Of a stretch of DNA of 36,068 bases, positions 8,928 to 18,185 are shown in pieces. Both the position numbers and the translations under genes were made by a program. Each line of letters opens with the position of its first letter. Positions within the stretch are counted from its first letter, which is position 1. The notes below the pieces were generated by a model. That model was not told where the DNA came from. It saw only the letters and a list, made by a program, of their open reading frames with translations, and searched no databases. Origin of the DNA: a virus (lineage: Duplodnaviria > Caudoviricetes); the IMG/VR virus record IMGVR_UViG_3300024344_002536, positions 1 through 36,068 of that record; one strand, given 5' to 3'.

Positions 8928-9689
8928 ATGAAGTCTATTCCCTTATTTAAATCTCATTACAGTATCGGTAGGTCTATTCTCACCTTAGAGGATACCGAGG
9001 AAAAGCGAGAGAACTATCCATCTTCTATAGTTGAGATAGCAAAGCGTAATAAAATGAAGTCGGTGTTCTTAGTAGAGGATACTATGAACGGTTTCCTCGA
9101 AGCCTATAAGAACCTTAACGAAGCAGGTATAAAGCTTGTATTTGGATATAGGGTGTCTGTCTGTAATGACAGCACAGAGAAAAATAAAGATTCAATAGAT
9201 ACAGAATCTAAGTTTGTTGTGTTAGCTAGAAACGAGGAAGGCTACAAAAAACTCATCAAGATTTCGAGCTATGCGGCATGTGATGGATTTTATTACCAAC
9301 CTAGAATTGATTTTTCAGTTCTTGAGAAATATTGGGACGACGAAGACCTACAGCTATGCGTACCGTTTTACGATTCCTTTTTGTTTAAAAATTCTCTGAC
9401 TTTTGCTGTATGTTTTCCTAAGTTTGAGTTTACTAAGCCGGTATTTTTTGTAGAGGACAACGATGTGCCTTTTGACTATATAATTAAAAAGAAAGTAGAA
9501 TCATATTGCAATGAGAACAAATTACAGTCGATCCCAGTCAAGTCTATATATTATGAATGCAGGGACGATTTCAAGGCTTACCTTACTTTTCGCTGCATTA
9601 ACAACAGGACTACTCTTGATAATCCTCGTTTTGACCACCTATGCTCTAATGAATTTAGTTTTGATAGCTGGAAGGAGGCTCAGGCTTAA
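8928..9689 (+). CDS. stand-alone PHP domain of DNA polymerase III alpha
   Basis: KSHYS, GIKLVFG, VVLARNEEGYKKLIKISS, GFYYQPRID; ATG 8928 preferred to TTG 8916. Confidence 0.85.
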   Translation: MKSIPLFKSHYSIGRSILTLEDTEEKRENYPSSIVEIAKRNKMKSVFLVEDTMNGFLEAYKNLNEAGIKLVFGYRVSVCNDSTEKNKDSIDTESKFVVLARNEEGYKKLIKISSYAACDGFYYQPRIDFSVLEKYWDDEDLQLCVPFYDSFLFKNSLTFAVCFPKFEFTKPVFFVEDNDVPFDYIIKKKVESYCNENKLQSIPVKSIYYECRDDFKAYLTFRCINNRTTLDNPRFDHLCSNEFSFDSWKEAQA

Positions 9690-10327
9690 TGGACGAACAC
9701 CTACTAAGATTCAGAAAGGATAAGAAGCTTGTCTTTATTGACTGCGAGACATATAATCTTTGCTTAAGCTTTTGTCATAACGTATCATGGCAGGTTTCCA
9801 TGATAAAAACAGACGGTACAAAGAAGCTTGATGAAAAGGATTATTATATCAAGTGGGACACCGATTTTAAAATAAGCGAAGATGCTGCACGTATTACTCG
9901 TTACGACGAAGACTACGTTAATAAAAATGGCAAGACGCTCAAACAGACCCTACCTACTATTGTAAAGTGGCTAGATGACGCTGACTATGTAGTTGGACAT
10001 AACATACTAGGCTTTGACCTTTATCTAATAAAAGAGCTTTACAAGTTAGCTGGCAAAGATTATAAACCATTAGTGCCGAAGATTATTGATACTAATTGTA
10101 TAGCCAGAGGCATTAAGATGGATATACCCTACAAGCCAGAAGAAGACTTTACTGAATATCAATATAGAATATATAACACAAGAAGAAAAGGTATTAAATC
10201 TAGTTTAACTTTTTTAGGTAAAGAGTTTGATATAGATCATGATTACGAAAAGCTTCACAATGCTATCGTTGATTTAGAGTTGAATTTAAAAGTTTGGAAC
10301 CGCTTAAAGTATTCCCTAGAACTATGA
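9689..10327 (+). CDS. DEDDh 3'-5' exonuclease (DnaQ/epsilon-like)
   Basis: ExoI FIDCET, ExoII GHNILGFD, ExoIII HNAIVD. Confidence 0.88.
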   Translation: MDEHLLRFRKDKKLVFIDCETYNLCLSFCHNVSWQVSMIKTDGTKKLDEKDYYIKWDTDFKISEDAARITRYDEDYVNKNGKTLKQTLPTIVKWLDDADYVVGHNILGFDLYLIKELYKLAGKDYKPLVPKIIDTNCIARGIKMDIPYKPEEDFTEYQYRIYNTRRKGIKSSLTFLGKEFDIDHDYEKLHNAIVDLELNLKVWNRLKYSLEL

Positions 10328-12891
10328 CACCAAATACATTTTTAAAAAAGTTTAAGAAGATAGACCTGCCTTTGCATGGTGTACGCCTACCATCTTTTGA
10401 GATCAGTGAACAAGCCAAGAGAGAGCATGAGATCAGCGATGAAGACGACAATAATCAGATACTTCGTAAGCTATGCTTAGCTGGTTATAAAGAAAAGATT
10501 GAGTCAGGAGAGCTTGACGCAACTAAAGCTGAAGCATACACAGATAGAACCGAGTACGAAATCAGCATTATGGAGGAGCTAGGCTTCGTAGACTACATGC
10601 TGCTGACTTGGGATGTAATCAATTTTTGCAAAGAGAGCGATATACCTATTGGTTTAGGTCGTGGGTCTGCTGCAGGAAGCTTTGTCTTGTTCTTGCTTGG
10701 TATAACTAACTTAGATCCAATTAAGTATAGCTTATTCTTTGAGCGGTTCATATCTAAAATTCGAGCTAAAAAGCAGGTAGTAGACGGGGTGACGTATCTT
10801 GACGGCAATCTGATGGTTGATATTGATAATGACGTTTGTTATTATAATAGACATAAAGTCTTAGATTATATTGATAATAAATTCAAAGGTAAGACCGCCA
10901 AGATACTAACCCTTAACACTCTGAGCGGTAAGCTATTAATAAAAGAATGCGGTAAGATCATAGCTAGCAAGAGTGAGTCGGAAATGAATATGGTCTCTGG
11001 TCATATTCCTAAAATTTTTGGCCAAGTAAAAGACCTAGAGGAAACTTACGATGAAGTTAAAGAGTTCAAGAGCTGGTGCGATGAAACAGAGAACAGAGAA
11101 GCATATAAAATTGCTCTGAAGCTCAGAGGCTTAATTAAAAACAAGAGCGTTCACGCCTCTGGAGTTTTGCTCTCTTATGATCAGTTAGAGGACAGTTGCC
11201 CAGTAGAGCTTACAAGTGATAAAGCTGTAGTGTCGTCTTACGATATGAATTGGGTATCCCTCTTTAATGTTAAGCTTGATATTCTAGGACTACGTAGTGT
11301 CTCCGTGGTTCATGATGTGTGCCAGCAAGTTGGCTTAAAGGTTACAGATATCGATCTTGACGACCCTAGTATATATAGAAATTTACAAGACTTAAAAACT
11401 CCTCACGGTTTATTTCAGATTGAAGCCGACACTAATTTTAGAGTGTGTCGAGATGTCAAACCAAAGAACCTAGAGGAACTTAGTGCGGTTCTCGCCCTAG
11501 GAAGACCGGGGGCTTTAGGGTTTGTCAAGCAGTATTCTGATTACGCTAACCATGATGTTTATGAACCAATACACCCCTTATTTGATGAGATTTTGAAAAG
11601 CACTGGTGGCGTTGCTCTTTACCAAGAACAGTTGATGCAAATGGCTCACAAGATTGGTTTTACTCTTGACGAAGCAGAGATACTTAGGCGTATCGTAGGC
11701 AAAAAGAAAGTTAAAGAGGTAAAAGAATGGAAGAAGAAGATTGTCGACAAGGTAAAAGAAAACAAACTCGGAGAAGAAGTAGGAGATGTACTTTGGGGCG
11801 TACTTGAAGATTCAGCGAACTACTCGTTTAATAAGTCTCATTCTATTTGCTATGCAGCTTTAGCAGCAATTACAACTTACTTAAAATTCAACCATCCCAA
11901 AGAGTTCTTTTCGTCATTGTTGAAAATGACAAAGTACGAGCCAGATCCCTTAGCTGAAGTAAACAAAGTACAGACAGAGCTAGATCTATTTGATATAAGA
12001 CTTCTACCTCCTCACATTACAAAGTCGAAAATGGATTTCAGCATCGAGGATAAAGATATCCGCTACGGACTAACCTCTATCAAAGGTATATCGGATAAGA
12101 CTATCGAGAAATTAAATAACTTCCGAGCAGAATTTACTAATAAGTTTGAAGTGTTCCAAGCTGCCAGCGAAGCAAAGGTAGGCATTGGAGTTCTCTCTGC
12201 CTTAATACAAGCAGGAGCCTTCGAAGGGTTTCCTCAATCTAGAAGCAAGATAGTATTAGAAGCTCAGCTATGGAACTTACTAACACAAAGAGAAAAGAGA
12301 ATAGCTTACAGCTTAGGAGAAAAACATAACTTTGATTTAATAAATATTATTAAAAATTTAGTTGATAGAAAAGACGAAGATGGAAAGGTCTACATACGTT
12401 CTTCTAGGTTTGAAACCATCAAGAAGAAGTATACGCCATATAAAGACATATACCAACAAAACAGCAAGTCCGAAAGCCTAGCTAATTGGTATTATGAGAA
12501 GAAGCTTCTTGGATACTCTCACGCTAATTCATTGAAGGATGTGTACAGTACTAAAATCTCAGATCTTACAAGTATTAGAGACGTAAACGAATCTAGAGTC
12601 AACTCTAGGGTGCTGTTTATATCTACCGTAGAGGACTTTTACAAGGGTAAATCGAAAAAGGGGTCTCAGTACATTAGATTGACTTGTTCTGACGAGACAG
12701 GCACCATTACGGCTCTGCAATTCAATGCTAAGATCGAAGAGAGCAAGCTGATTAACGGCAAGCTTCCAGCTAAGGAAGACATTGTAATCATTAAAGCTTT
12801 GAAGAAAGATGATGCAGTATTTATTGATGATATTGGGATTCAGAGTCAGAAAATATTTACAAAGTTATCAGAACTGAAAGATATTGCTTGA
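10324..12891 (+). CDS. dnaE: DNA polymerase III alpha catalytic core (lacks PHP domain)
   Basis: GRGSAAGS, LFFERF, DIDND, HASGV, KLDILG, YQEQLMQ, YSFNKSH, OB-fold-like C-terminus; ATG 10324 overlaps upstream stop. Confidence 0.93.
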   Translation: MTPNTFLKKFKKIDLPLHGVRLPSFEISEQAKREHEISDEDDNNQILRKLCLAGYKEKIESGELDATKAEAYTDRTEYEISIMEELGFVDYMLLTWDVINFCKESDIPIGLGRGSAAGSFVLFLLGITNLDPIKYSLFFERFISKIRAKKQVVDGVTYLDGNLMVDIDNDVCYYNRHKVLDYIDNKFKGKTAKILTLNTLSGKLLIKECGKIIASKSESEMNMVSGHIPKIFGQVKDLEETYDEVKEFKSWCDETENREAYKIALKLRGLIKNKSVHASGVLLSYDQLEDSCPVELTSDKAVVSSYDMNWVSLFNVKLDILGLRSVSVVHDVCQQVGLKVTDIDLDDPSIYRNLQDLKTPHGLFQIEADTNFRVCRDVKPKNLEELSAVLALGRPGALGFVKQYSDYANHDVYEPIHPLFDEILKSTGGVALYQEQLMQMAHKIGFTLDEAEILRRIVGKKKVKEVKEWKKKIVDKVKENKLGEEVGDVLWGVLEDSANYSFNKSHSICYAALAAITTYLKFNHPKEFFSSLLKMTKYEPDPLAEVNKVQTELDLFDIRLLPPHITKSKMDFSIEDKDIRYGLTSIKGISDKTIEKLNNFRAEFTNKFEVFQAASEAKVGIGVLSALIQAGAFEGFPQSRSKIVLEAQLWNLLTQREKRIAYSLGEKHNFDLINIIKNLVDRKDEDGKVYIRSSRFETIKKKYTPYKDIYQQNSKSESLANWYYEKKLLGYSHANSLKDVYSTKISDLTSIRDVNESRVNSRVLFISTVEDFYKGKSKKGSQYIRLTCSDETGTITALQFNAKIEESKLINGKLPAKEDIVIIKALKKDDAVFIDDIGIQSQKIFTKLSELKDIA

Positions 12892-12916
12892 CCAAATCAA
12901 AAGTTTGTAATAGAAT
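12888..12916 (+). promoter_or_regulatory. sigma70-type promoter upstream of nrdA
   Basis: TTGACC-17bp-TAGAAT. Confidence 0.65.
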
Positions 12917-12936
12917 AGGTTTTTGGGCGTCAACCA

Positions 12937-12945
12937 AGTGTAATT
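12937..12945 (+). promoter_or_regulatory. AGTGTAATT motif (putative phage-specific promoter)
   Basis: Same 9-mer as at 5157 and 16510. Confidence 0.45.
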
Positions 12946-12955
12946 TATATATCCA

Positions 12956-15376
12956 ATGCAGAGCATAAGAGTAAAGAAAAGAAACGGCAAATTAGAGGAA
13001 TTCAACGTAGAAAAAATTAATAAATGTGTGTATAGAGCCTGCCAAGGCATAGATGGCAACAGCGTTTCAGCAAGTGAGATCATTTTAGACGCTCAACTTC
13101 AACTTTACGATAAGATCACAACTAAAGAGATTGATGATGCTCTCATCCTGTCAGCCCGAGCTAAAATAGAAAAAGAGCCTAATTATAGTAAAGTCGCTGC
13201 CGCGCTAGCTGCCAACGCTCTATATAAGGAAGTATTTAGGGAGAGCGTCGACAGCGATACTTTTGAACTACAATATAGAAAAGCATTTGTACAAAATATA
13301 AAAAAATTAGTTAAAGCAGAAATCATATCTGCAAAACTTCTGGATTTTGATCTGAAGAAGATTTCAGAAGCAATGCAGCCAGAACGAGATTCTTTATTCA
13401 AATATTTAGGTCTGCAAATTTTAATTGATAGATACTTCACAAGACATAATAACAAGATAATGGAAACTCCGCAAGCCTTTTGGATGAGGGTTGCAATGGG
13501 GTTAGCAATTAATGAAGAAAATAAAGAAGGACGAGCTATTGAATTTTACAACTTGTTTAGCAATATGCTGTACACTCCATCCACTCCTACTCTTTTTAAT
13601 AGTGGAACTACTCACTCTCAATTAAGCTCATGTTATTTAAACACATTCGATGATAGTATTGACGGAATCTTTGAAGGGGTCTGGCAAGAGGCGCGTAAGA
13701 GTAAATACGCTGGAGGTCTTGGCTTTGATGTTACTAATTTTCGTGCTTCTGGCGCTTTTATCAAAGGCACAAACGGGATTTCTGGAGGTCTTGTCCCATG
13801 GCTCAAAATCCTCAACGACACACTTGTCGCAGTAAATCAAGGCGGTAAAAGGCCGGGTGCTGGATGTGCATATCTAGAGCCTTGGCATCTTGATTTTGAA
13901 GATTTTCTCAATTTGCGCCGCAACACTGGTGATGACCGCTTACGTTGTCACGACATGAATACTGCGTCTTGGGTGCCAGATTTGTTCATGCAGAAGGTAA
14001 AAGATAATGAAGATTGGTATATGTTTTGCCCGTCTGACTGCCGCGACTTGCATGAAACTTTCGGTAAAGAGTTCGAAAAACTTTATAGCGAAATGTGCCA
14101 GAAGGCTGACGCAGGAGAATTATCAAATTATCGCGTCGTTAACGCTAAAGACCTCTGGAAAAAGATGTTAAAGGTGCTTTTTGAGACATCTCACCCATGG
14201 ATTACCTTTAAAGACCCATCAAATATTCGTTATAGTAACCAACATTTAGGTGTAGTACATAGTTCAAACCTTTGTACGGAGATTCTACTTCATACAAAGC
14301 CATCTAGTTATGAGAACGGTACTAAAACGGAGGTTGGAGAAACTGCTGTATGTAATCTTGGCTCTGTCAATCTTAAGAATCATCTTAGAGTCCCTAGCGA
14401 AGCAAAGCAGCCAAGGGTCGACAGGGGGCTTTTGGCCTCTACTGTAAAGACAGCTATCAGAATACTTGATAATGTCATCGATCTCAACTTCTACCCAACA
14501 GAAGAAGCTAGGAACGCAAACATGCAGCACCGCCCAGTTGGTTTGGGTATGATGGCTACTCACGATGTATTGCAGATTCTTGACATTCAATACGACTCAG
14601 ATGAAGCCGTAGAGTTTGTAGACGATTTAACAGAGTTCTTCTCAAGTGAGCTAGCTAAAGAAAGAGGAGCTTACAAAACCTATTCTGGTTCATTATGGGA
14701 AAAGAATATTCTACCCATAGATACTTACAACACTTTGATGAGTGCGCGTGGAGTAAAAGAAACAGAAGTAGGTAATGAAGATATCGATTGGGAAGGACTC
14801 AGGGAACATATCACAAAATATGGAATGCGAAATAGTAATACTATGGCAATTGCTCCTACTGCCACTATTGGGTATATTAACGGTGTGGAGCAGAGCATCG
14901 AACCGAACTTCTCTGTGTTGTTCGTCTACGAAAACAAAAGCGGAAACTTCTTCATCACAAACGAGCAATTTGTAAATGACATGAAGAGAGAAGGACTGTG
15001 GAGTGCGCAGTTTGCAGAAGCAGTAAAAGAAGTAGATGGCGATGTGTCGCTTCTTGACATACCAGATAAATACAAGGAGAAATATAAAACAGCTTTTGAT
15101 AGAGATATGTTTAAATTAATTGAGTGTAATTCAGTAAGGCAGAAATGGATTGATCAAGGAATCTCTTTCAATCTTTACAACAAAGGCACTTCATTAAAAT
15201 ATTTAAATGATATTTATATGATGGCATGGGAAAAAGGGCTCAAGACTACTTACTATTTAAGAAATAGAGCCGCGTCTAAAGTTGAGAAGTCAACTACGGA
15301 TAAGAAAGAGTATACAGAAGAAGAAGCAGTTGCTTGTTCTATTGCCAACCCAGAAGCTTGTGAGGCTTGCCAGTAA
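12956..15376 (+). CDS. nrdA: ribonucleotide reductase class I alpha subunit with N-terminal ATP cone
   Basis: VKKRNG cone, TPTLFNSG, QLSSCY, SNLCTEI, VCNLGS, APTAT, TYYLR, C-terminal CEACQ. Confidence 0.96.
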   Translation: MQSIRVKKRNGKLEEFNVEKINKCVYRACQGIDGNSVSASEIILDAQLQLYDKITTKEIDDALILSARAKIEKEPNYSKVAAALAANALYKEVFRESVDSDTFELQYRKAFVQNIKKLVKAEIISAKLLDFDLKKISEAMQPERDSLFKYLGLQILIDRYFTRHNNKIMETPQAFWMRVAMGLAINEENKEGRAIEFYNLFSNMLYTPSTPTLFNSGTTHSQLSSCYLNTFDDSIDGIFEGVWQEARKSKYAGGLGFDVTNFRASGAFIKGTNGISGGLVPWLKILNDTLVAVNQGGKRPGAGCAYLEPWHLDFEDFLNLRRNTGDDRLRCHDMNTASWVPDLFMQKVKDNEDWYMFCPSDCRDLHETFGKEFEKLYSEMCQKADAGELSNYRVVNAKDLWKKMLKVLFETSHPWITFKDPSNIRYSNQHLGVVHSSNLCTEILLHTKPSSYENGTKTEVGETAVCNLGSVNLKNHLRVPSEAKQPRVDRGLLASTVKTAIRILDNVIDLNFYPTEEARNANMQHRPVGLGMMATHDVLQILDIQYDSDEAVEFVDDLTEFFSSELAKERGAYKTYSGSLWEKNILPIDTYNTLMSARGVKETEVGNEDIDWEGLREHITKYGMRNSNTMAIAPTATIGYINGVEQSIEPNFSVLFVYENKSGNFFITNEQFVNDMKREGLWSAQFAEAVKEVDGDVSLLDIPDKYKEKYKTAFDRDMFKLIECNSVRQKWIDQGISFNLYNKGTSLKYLNDIYMMAWEKGLKTTYYLRNRAASKVEKSTTDKKEYTEEEAVACSIANPEACEACQ

Positions 15377-15385
15377 GGAGGATTT

Positions 15386-16393
15386 ATGAAGACAGGAGAA
15401 CTTATAAGTAAAAATGTTGCGGGAGTGAATTGTATTCTACCGCACAAACACAAAACTGCATGGGATTTATTCCTAAAAGGATGTGCTAATAATTGGATGC
15501 CAACAGAGATATCTATGGCAGATGATATTAAACAATGGAAGAATGGAGACATAACAGACGATGAAAAACTTTTGGTCAAACGTTCACTCGGCTTCTTTGC
15601 CGGTAGTGAGTCCCTTGTTGGTAATAATTTATTACTTACTGGTTTTAGGCACATCACTGACGCTGAGTGTCGTCAGTATATTCTTAGACAAGCGTTTGAG
15701 GAGAGCCTTCATAATCTTACTATTGTTTATGTTTGTGATTCTTTGGATCTTAAGATAGACGAGGTATATCAAGCGTACTTAAATATTCCATCAATTAAAG
15801 CCAAAGATGACTTCTTGATGGAGATCACTACGGATATCAATCGTCCAGATTTCACAGCTACCACGCTAGAGGGCAAGAAAGAGCTTCTAAGGAACTTTCT
15901 AACCTATTGGGTGGTGTGTGAGGGTATATTCTTCTTTAGTGGCTTTGCGATGCTCCTTGCACTTGGAAGGCAGAATAAAATGCAGGGTGTTGCAGACCAG
16001 ATCAAGTATACTCTACGAGACGAAAGCTCTCACATTAAGTTTGGGACTTACCTAATCAATACTTTGATTGAGCAGAATCCTAAAATCTGGACGAAAGCAA
16101 TACAAGAAGAGTTTACAGAACATATTAAGAAAGCAGTAGAATTGGAGATAGCTTATGCACATGACGTTTTACCTAGGGGTATTCTTGGTCTTAATGCTGA
16201 CATGTTTGTCGATTATATGCATTACATCGGTAATAGGAGACTTGAGGGGATTGGCCTCGAGTATAGATTCCCGTCGGACAAAAACCCATTCCCATGGCTC
16301 GGCGAAGTCGTCGACGTGCAAGCAATGGGCAACTTTTTCGAGAGACGGGTTAGAGAGTATCAACAAGCGGGTTCACTAGAGGATGATTTCTAA
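15386..16393 (+). CDS. nrdB: ribonucleotide reductase beta subunit, class Ic-like
   Basis: FFAGSESLVGNN, EESLH, EGIFFFSGF, RDESSH, NFFERRVREY; GGAGGA Shine-Dalgarno. Confidence 0.95.
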   Translation: MKTGELISKNVAGVNCILPHKHKTAWDLFLKGCANNWMPTEISMADDIKQWKNGDITDDEKLLVKRSLGFFAGSESLVGNNLLLTGFRHITDAECRQYILRQAFEESLHNLTIVYVCDSLDLKIDEVYQAYLNIPSIKAKDDFLMEITTDINRPDFTATTLEGKKELLRNFLTYWVVCEGIFFFSGFAMLLALGRQNKMQGVADQIKYTLRDESSHIKFGTYLINTLIEQNPKIWTKAIQEEFTEHIKKAVELEIAYAHDVLPRGILGLNADMFVDYMHYIGNRRLEGIGLEYRFPSDKNPFPWLGEVVDVQAMGNFFERRVREYQQAGSLEDDF

Positions 16394-16411
16394 TTGGTGA
16401 ATATTCCCAAC

Positions 16412-16445
16412 AGGGCTGGGGTCTATCCCCCAGCTCTTTTATTTT
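16412..16445 (+). terminator. intrinsic terminator after nrdB
   Basis: AGGGCTGGGG / CCCCAGCTCT stem followed by T-rich run. Confidence 0.75.
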
Positions 16446-16492
16446 AAAATAAATAAATTTAACAAAAACAGTTTAAACAACGTATATATAAA

Positions 16493-16509
16493 CTGGCATA
16501 AAACTTGCA
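16493..16509 (+). promoter_or_regulatory. sigma54 (RpoN) -24/-12 promoter
   Basis: CTGGCAT-AAAAC-TTGCA, GG 16495-16496 and GC 16507-16508, canonical spacing. Confidence 0.6.
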
Positions 16510-16518
16510 AGTGTAATT
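16510..16518 (+). promoter_or_regulatory. AGTGTAATT motif (putative phage-specific promoter)
   Basis: Same 9-mer as at 5157 and 12937. Confidence 0.45.
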
Positions 16519-16524
16519 AGTATT

Positions 16525-17031
16525 ATGAAGAACATTATTTCTATTTTATTGATGATTGTCCTGACTTCGGTTGTTTCGGTTGATGCAAAACCTAACAAGC
16601 CTAAGCCAGACAAAGAAAGACCCCGACCAGAGAAGATCGACAGAGACAAGATCAAAGAGCGGCTTAAAGCAGCCTTTGAGAAACGCAAAAAGAACCACAA
16701 GGATTCCAAAAAGAAAGGTCACAAGATCAAACATGGTAAAGCATTCGGCAAGCTAGTGAGAGATGACGAAAAGGTAAAAGAACTTAGAGAGGCCTTTGCC
16801 GCCGCTGCCAAAGGTCATCATTCTAAAGTTAAGGACTTACATAAACAACTCAAAGACGCTTCCGACGATGACAAAGAAGGCTTAAGAAATCAACTCAAGA
16901 ACCTTCGTAAAGATTGGTTTGAGGGTATGAAGGGTAATAGAGAAGAAGTCAGAACTCGTATTAAAGAAATTCGTGATGAGTTTAAAAATAAAAGAGACGA
17001 GGTAATTGACGGTAATGACCCCGGAGAATAA
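16525..17031 (+). CDS. secreted, highly charged helical protein
   Basis: Signal-peptide-like N-terminus ending VDA, then K/E/R-rich coiled-coil-like sequence. Confidence 0.8.
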   Translation: MKNIISILLMIVLTSVVSVDAKPNKPKPDKERPRPEKIDRDKIKERLKAAFEKRKKNHKDSKKKGHKIKHGKAFGKLVRDDEKVKELREAFAAAAKGHHSKVKDLHKQLKDASDDDKEGLRNQLKNLRKDWFEGMKGNREEVRTRIKEIRDEFKNKRDEVIDGNDPGE

Positions 17032-17035
17032 TTTT

Positions 17036-17440
17036 ATGAAGAAATACATTACATTCATTATTGCGGCAGTTCTTGTGTTGGGCGCTAGCGCAGCACAGGC
17101 TGATCACCATTCAAAGCCCAAGAAGGAGGCGACAGCTAAGAAGCCTACTCCTAGTAAGGCTAAGGCAGCAGAGGCCAGAAAGAAGTACGCCGCTGCTGTC
17201 AAGAAAATCAGAGAAGCAGTTAAAGCGGGCAAGCTTACTGAAGCTCAGGCTAAGAAGAAATATGCAGAGCTTAGAAGCAAGATGGCCCCTAACAGACAAG
17301 GCTTACTCAAAAGGTTCGACAAGAACAAAGATGGAAAACTTTGCGACAATGAGAAGGCTGCTATGCGTAAAGCTATGGAGGCTAGAAAGAAGCAACAAAG
17401 AGGGAAGGGTAAGAAGCGCCGTAGGCCTTCTAAGAAGTGA
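17036..17440 (+). CDS. secreted K/A-rich protein with an EF-hand-like loop
   Basis: Signal peptide ending AQA; FDKNKDGKLCDNE Dx[DN]xDG loop; ATG 17036 preferred. Confidence 0.8.
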   Translation: MKKYITFIIAAVLVLGASAAQADHHSKPKKEATAKKPTPSKAKAAEARKKYAAAVKKIREAVKAGKLTEAQAKKKYAELRSKMAPNRQGLLKRFDKNKDGKLCDNEKAAMRKAMEARKKQQRGKGKKRRRPSKK

Positions 17441-17460
17441 TAGTTAATGAAAACCAAGAG

Positions 17461-17489
17461 GAGGGAGCTTCGGCTCCCTCTTTCTTTTT
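17461..17489 (+). terminator. intrinsic terminator
   Basis: GAGGGAGC-TTCG-GCTCCCTC (8 bp, cUUCGg loop) followed by TTTCTTTTT. Confidence 0.88.
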
Positions 17490-17492
17490 CGC

Positions 17493-17521
17493 TTGACCTG
17501 TGTGTAAGTATATTGTATAAT
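17493..17521 (+). promoter_or_regulatory. sigma70-type promoter
   Basis: TTGACC-17bp-TATAAT directly after a terminator. Confidence 0.75.
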
Positions 17522-17536
17522 AAACAAATAAGATAA

Positions 17537-18010
17537 ATGATTGAGAATACATTTACCAACGACGAGAGAATCCAAGAAAATAAACAAATTCATAGTAAGA
17601 TCGGCAAGACATGGTTCTTTGACCTAGACGGCACCTTACTTAAAAATACTTCAAACGAGAGACTAGATCAAATTATAAATAGGCACGGCAAGACCTCGCA
17701 CCGCCAAGAAGAAGCCTTAATGTCTAGTAAACAGTTTTTAAAAAATATACCTAAATGCGACAAAGTTGTGTTGACAACTGCGAGAGCAAAGAGACATAAA
17801 GATCACACAATTAAAGTATTAGAATATGTAGGTATTAAATATGATCAAATTATATTTGATATTCCATCTGGAGCTAGAATATTAGTCAATGATATCAAAC
17901 CAAAAGGTGTTCTTAAAAATGAACATGAGATTAAGACTGCTTTTGCTATTAACTTAAAAAGAAATGAAGGATTAAAGAAGGAACACTTAGATGAATATCT
18001 CAGAGTTTGA
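17537..18010 (+). CDS. HAD-superfamily phosphatase-like protein
   Basis: FFDLDGTLL motif I, LTTAR motif II, LVND. Confidence 0.75.
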   Translation: MIENTFTNDERIQENKQIHSKIGKTWFFDLDGTLLKNTSNERLDQIINRHGKTSHRQEEALMSSKQFLKNIPKCDKVVLTTARAKRHKDHTIKVLEYVGIKYDQIIFDIPSGARILVNDIKPKGVLKNEHEIKTAFAINLKRNEGLKKEHLDEYLRV

Positions 18011-18185
18011 ACGGAACAAACCTAAAAAGACAATGGCTTATATCAATAAGCTTATAAGGAAATATAAAAAAATTTGGAGAGATGATGATATCATGGACGA
18101 CTACGACGCAGTCAAAGTAGAAATGGCTCATGATTTTGAATTAGAACTACAAGAGTTAAAAGAATTATTCAAGACTGGAAAATAA
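17991..18185 (+). CDS. hypothetical protein
   Basis: 64-aa ORF, TAATG overlap with thyX. Confidence 0.65.
   Translation: MNISEFERNKPKKTMAYINKLIRKYKKIWRDDDIMDDYDAVKVEMAHDFELELQELKELFKTGK

Noticed and set aside
10324-16393. Inteins or introns in dnaE and nrdAB (also checked dnaB, recA)
   Set aside because: Lengths are normal and no intein splice motifs or interruptions are visible
16394-16410. Imperfect palindrome TTGGtGAATATTCCCAA after nrdB
   Set aside because: Single weak occurrence beside a better terminator; no second copy seen
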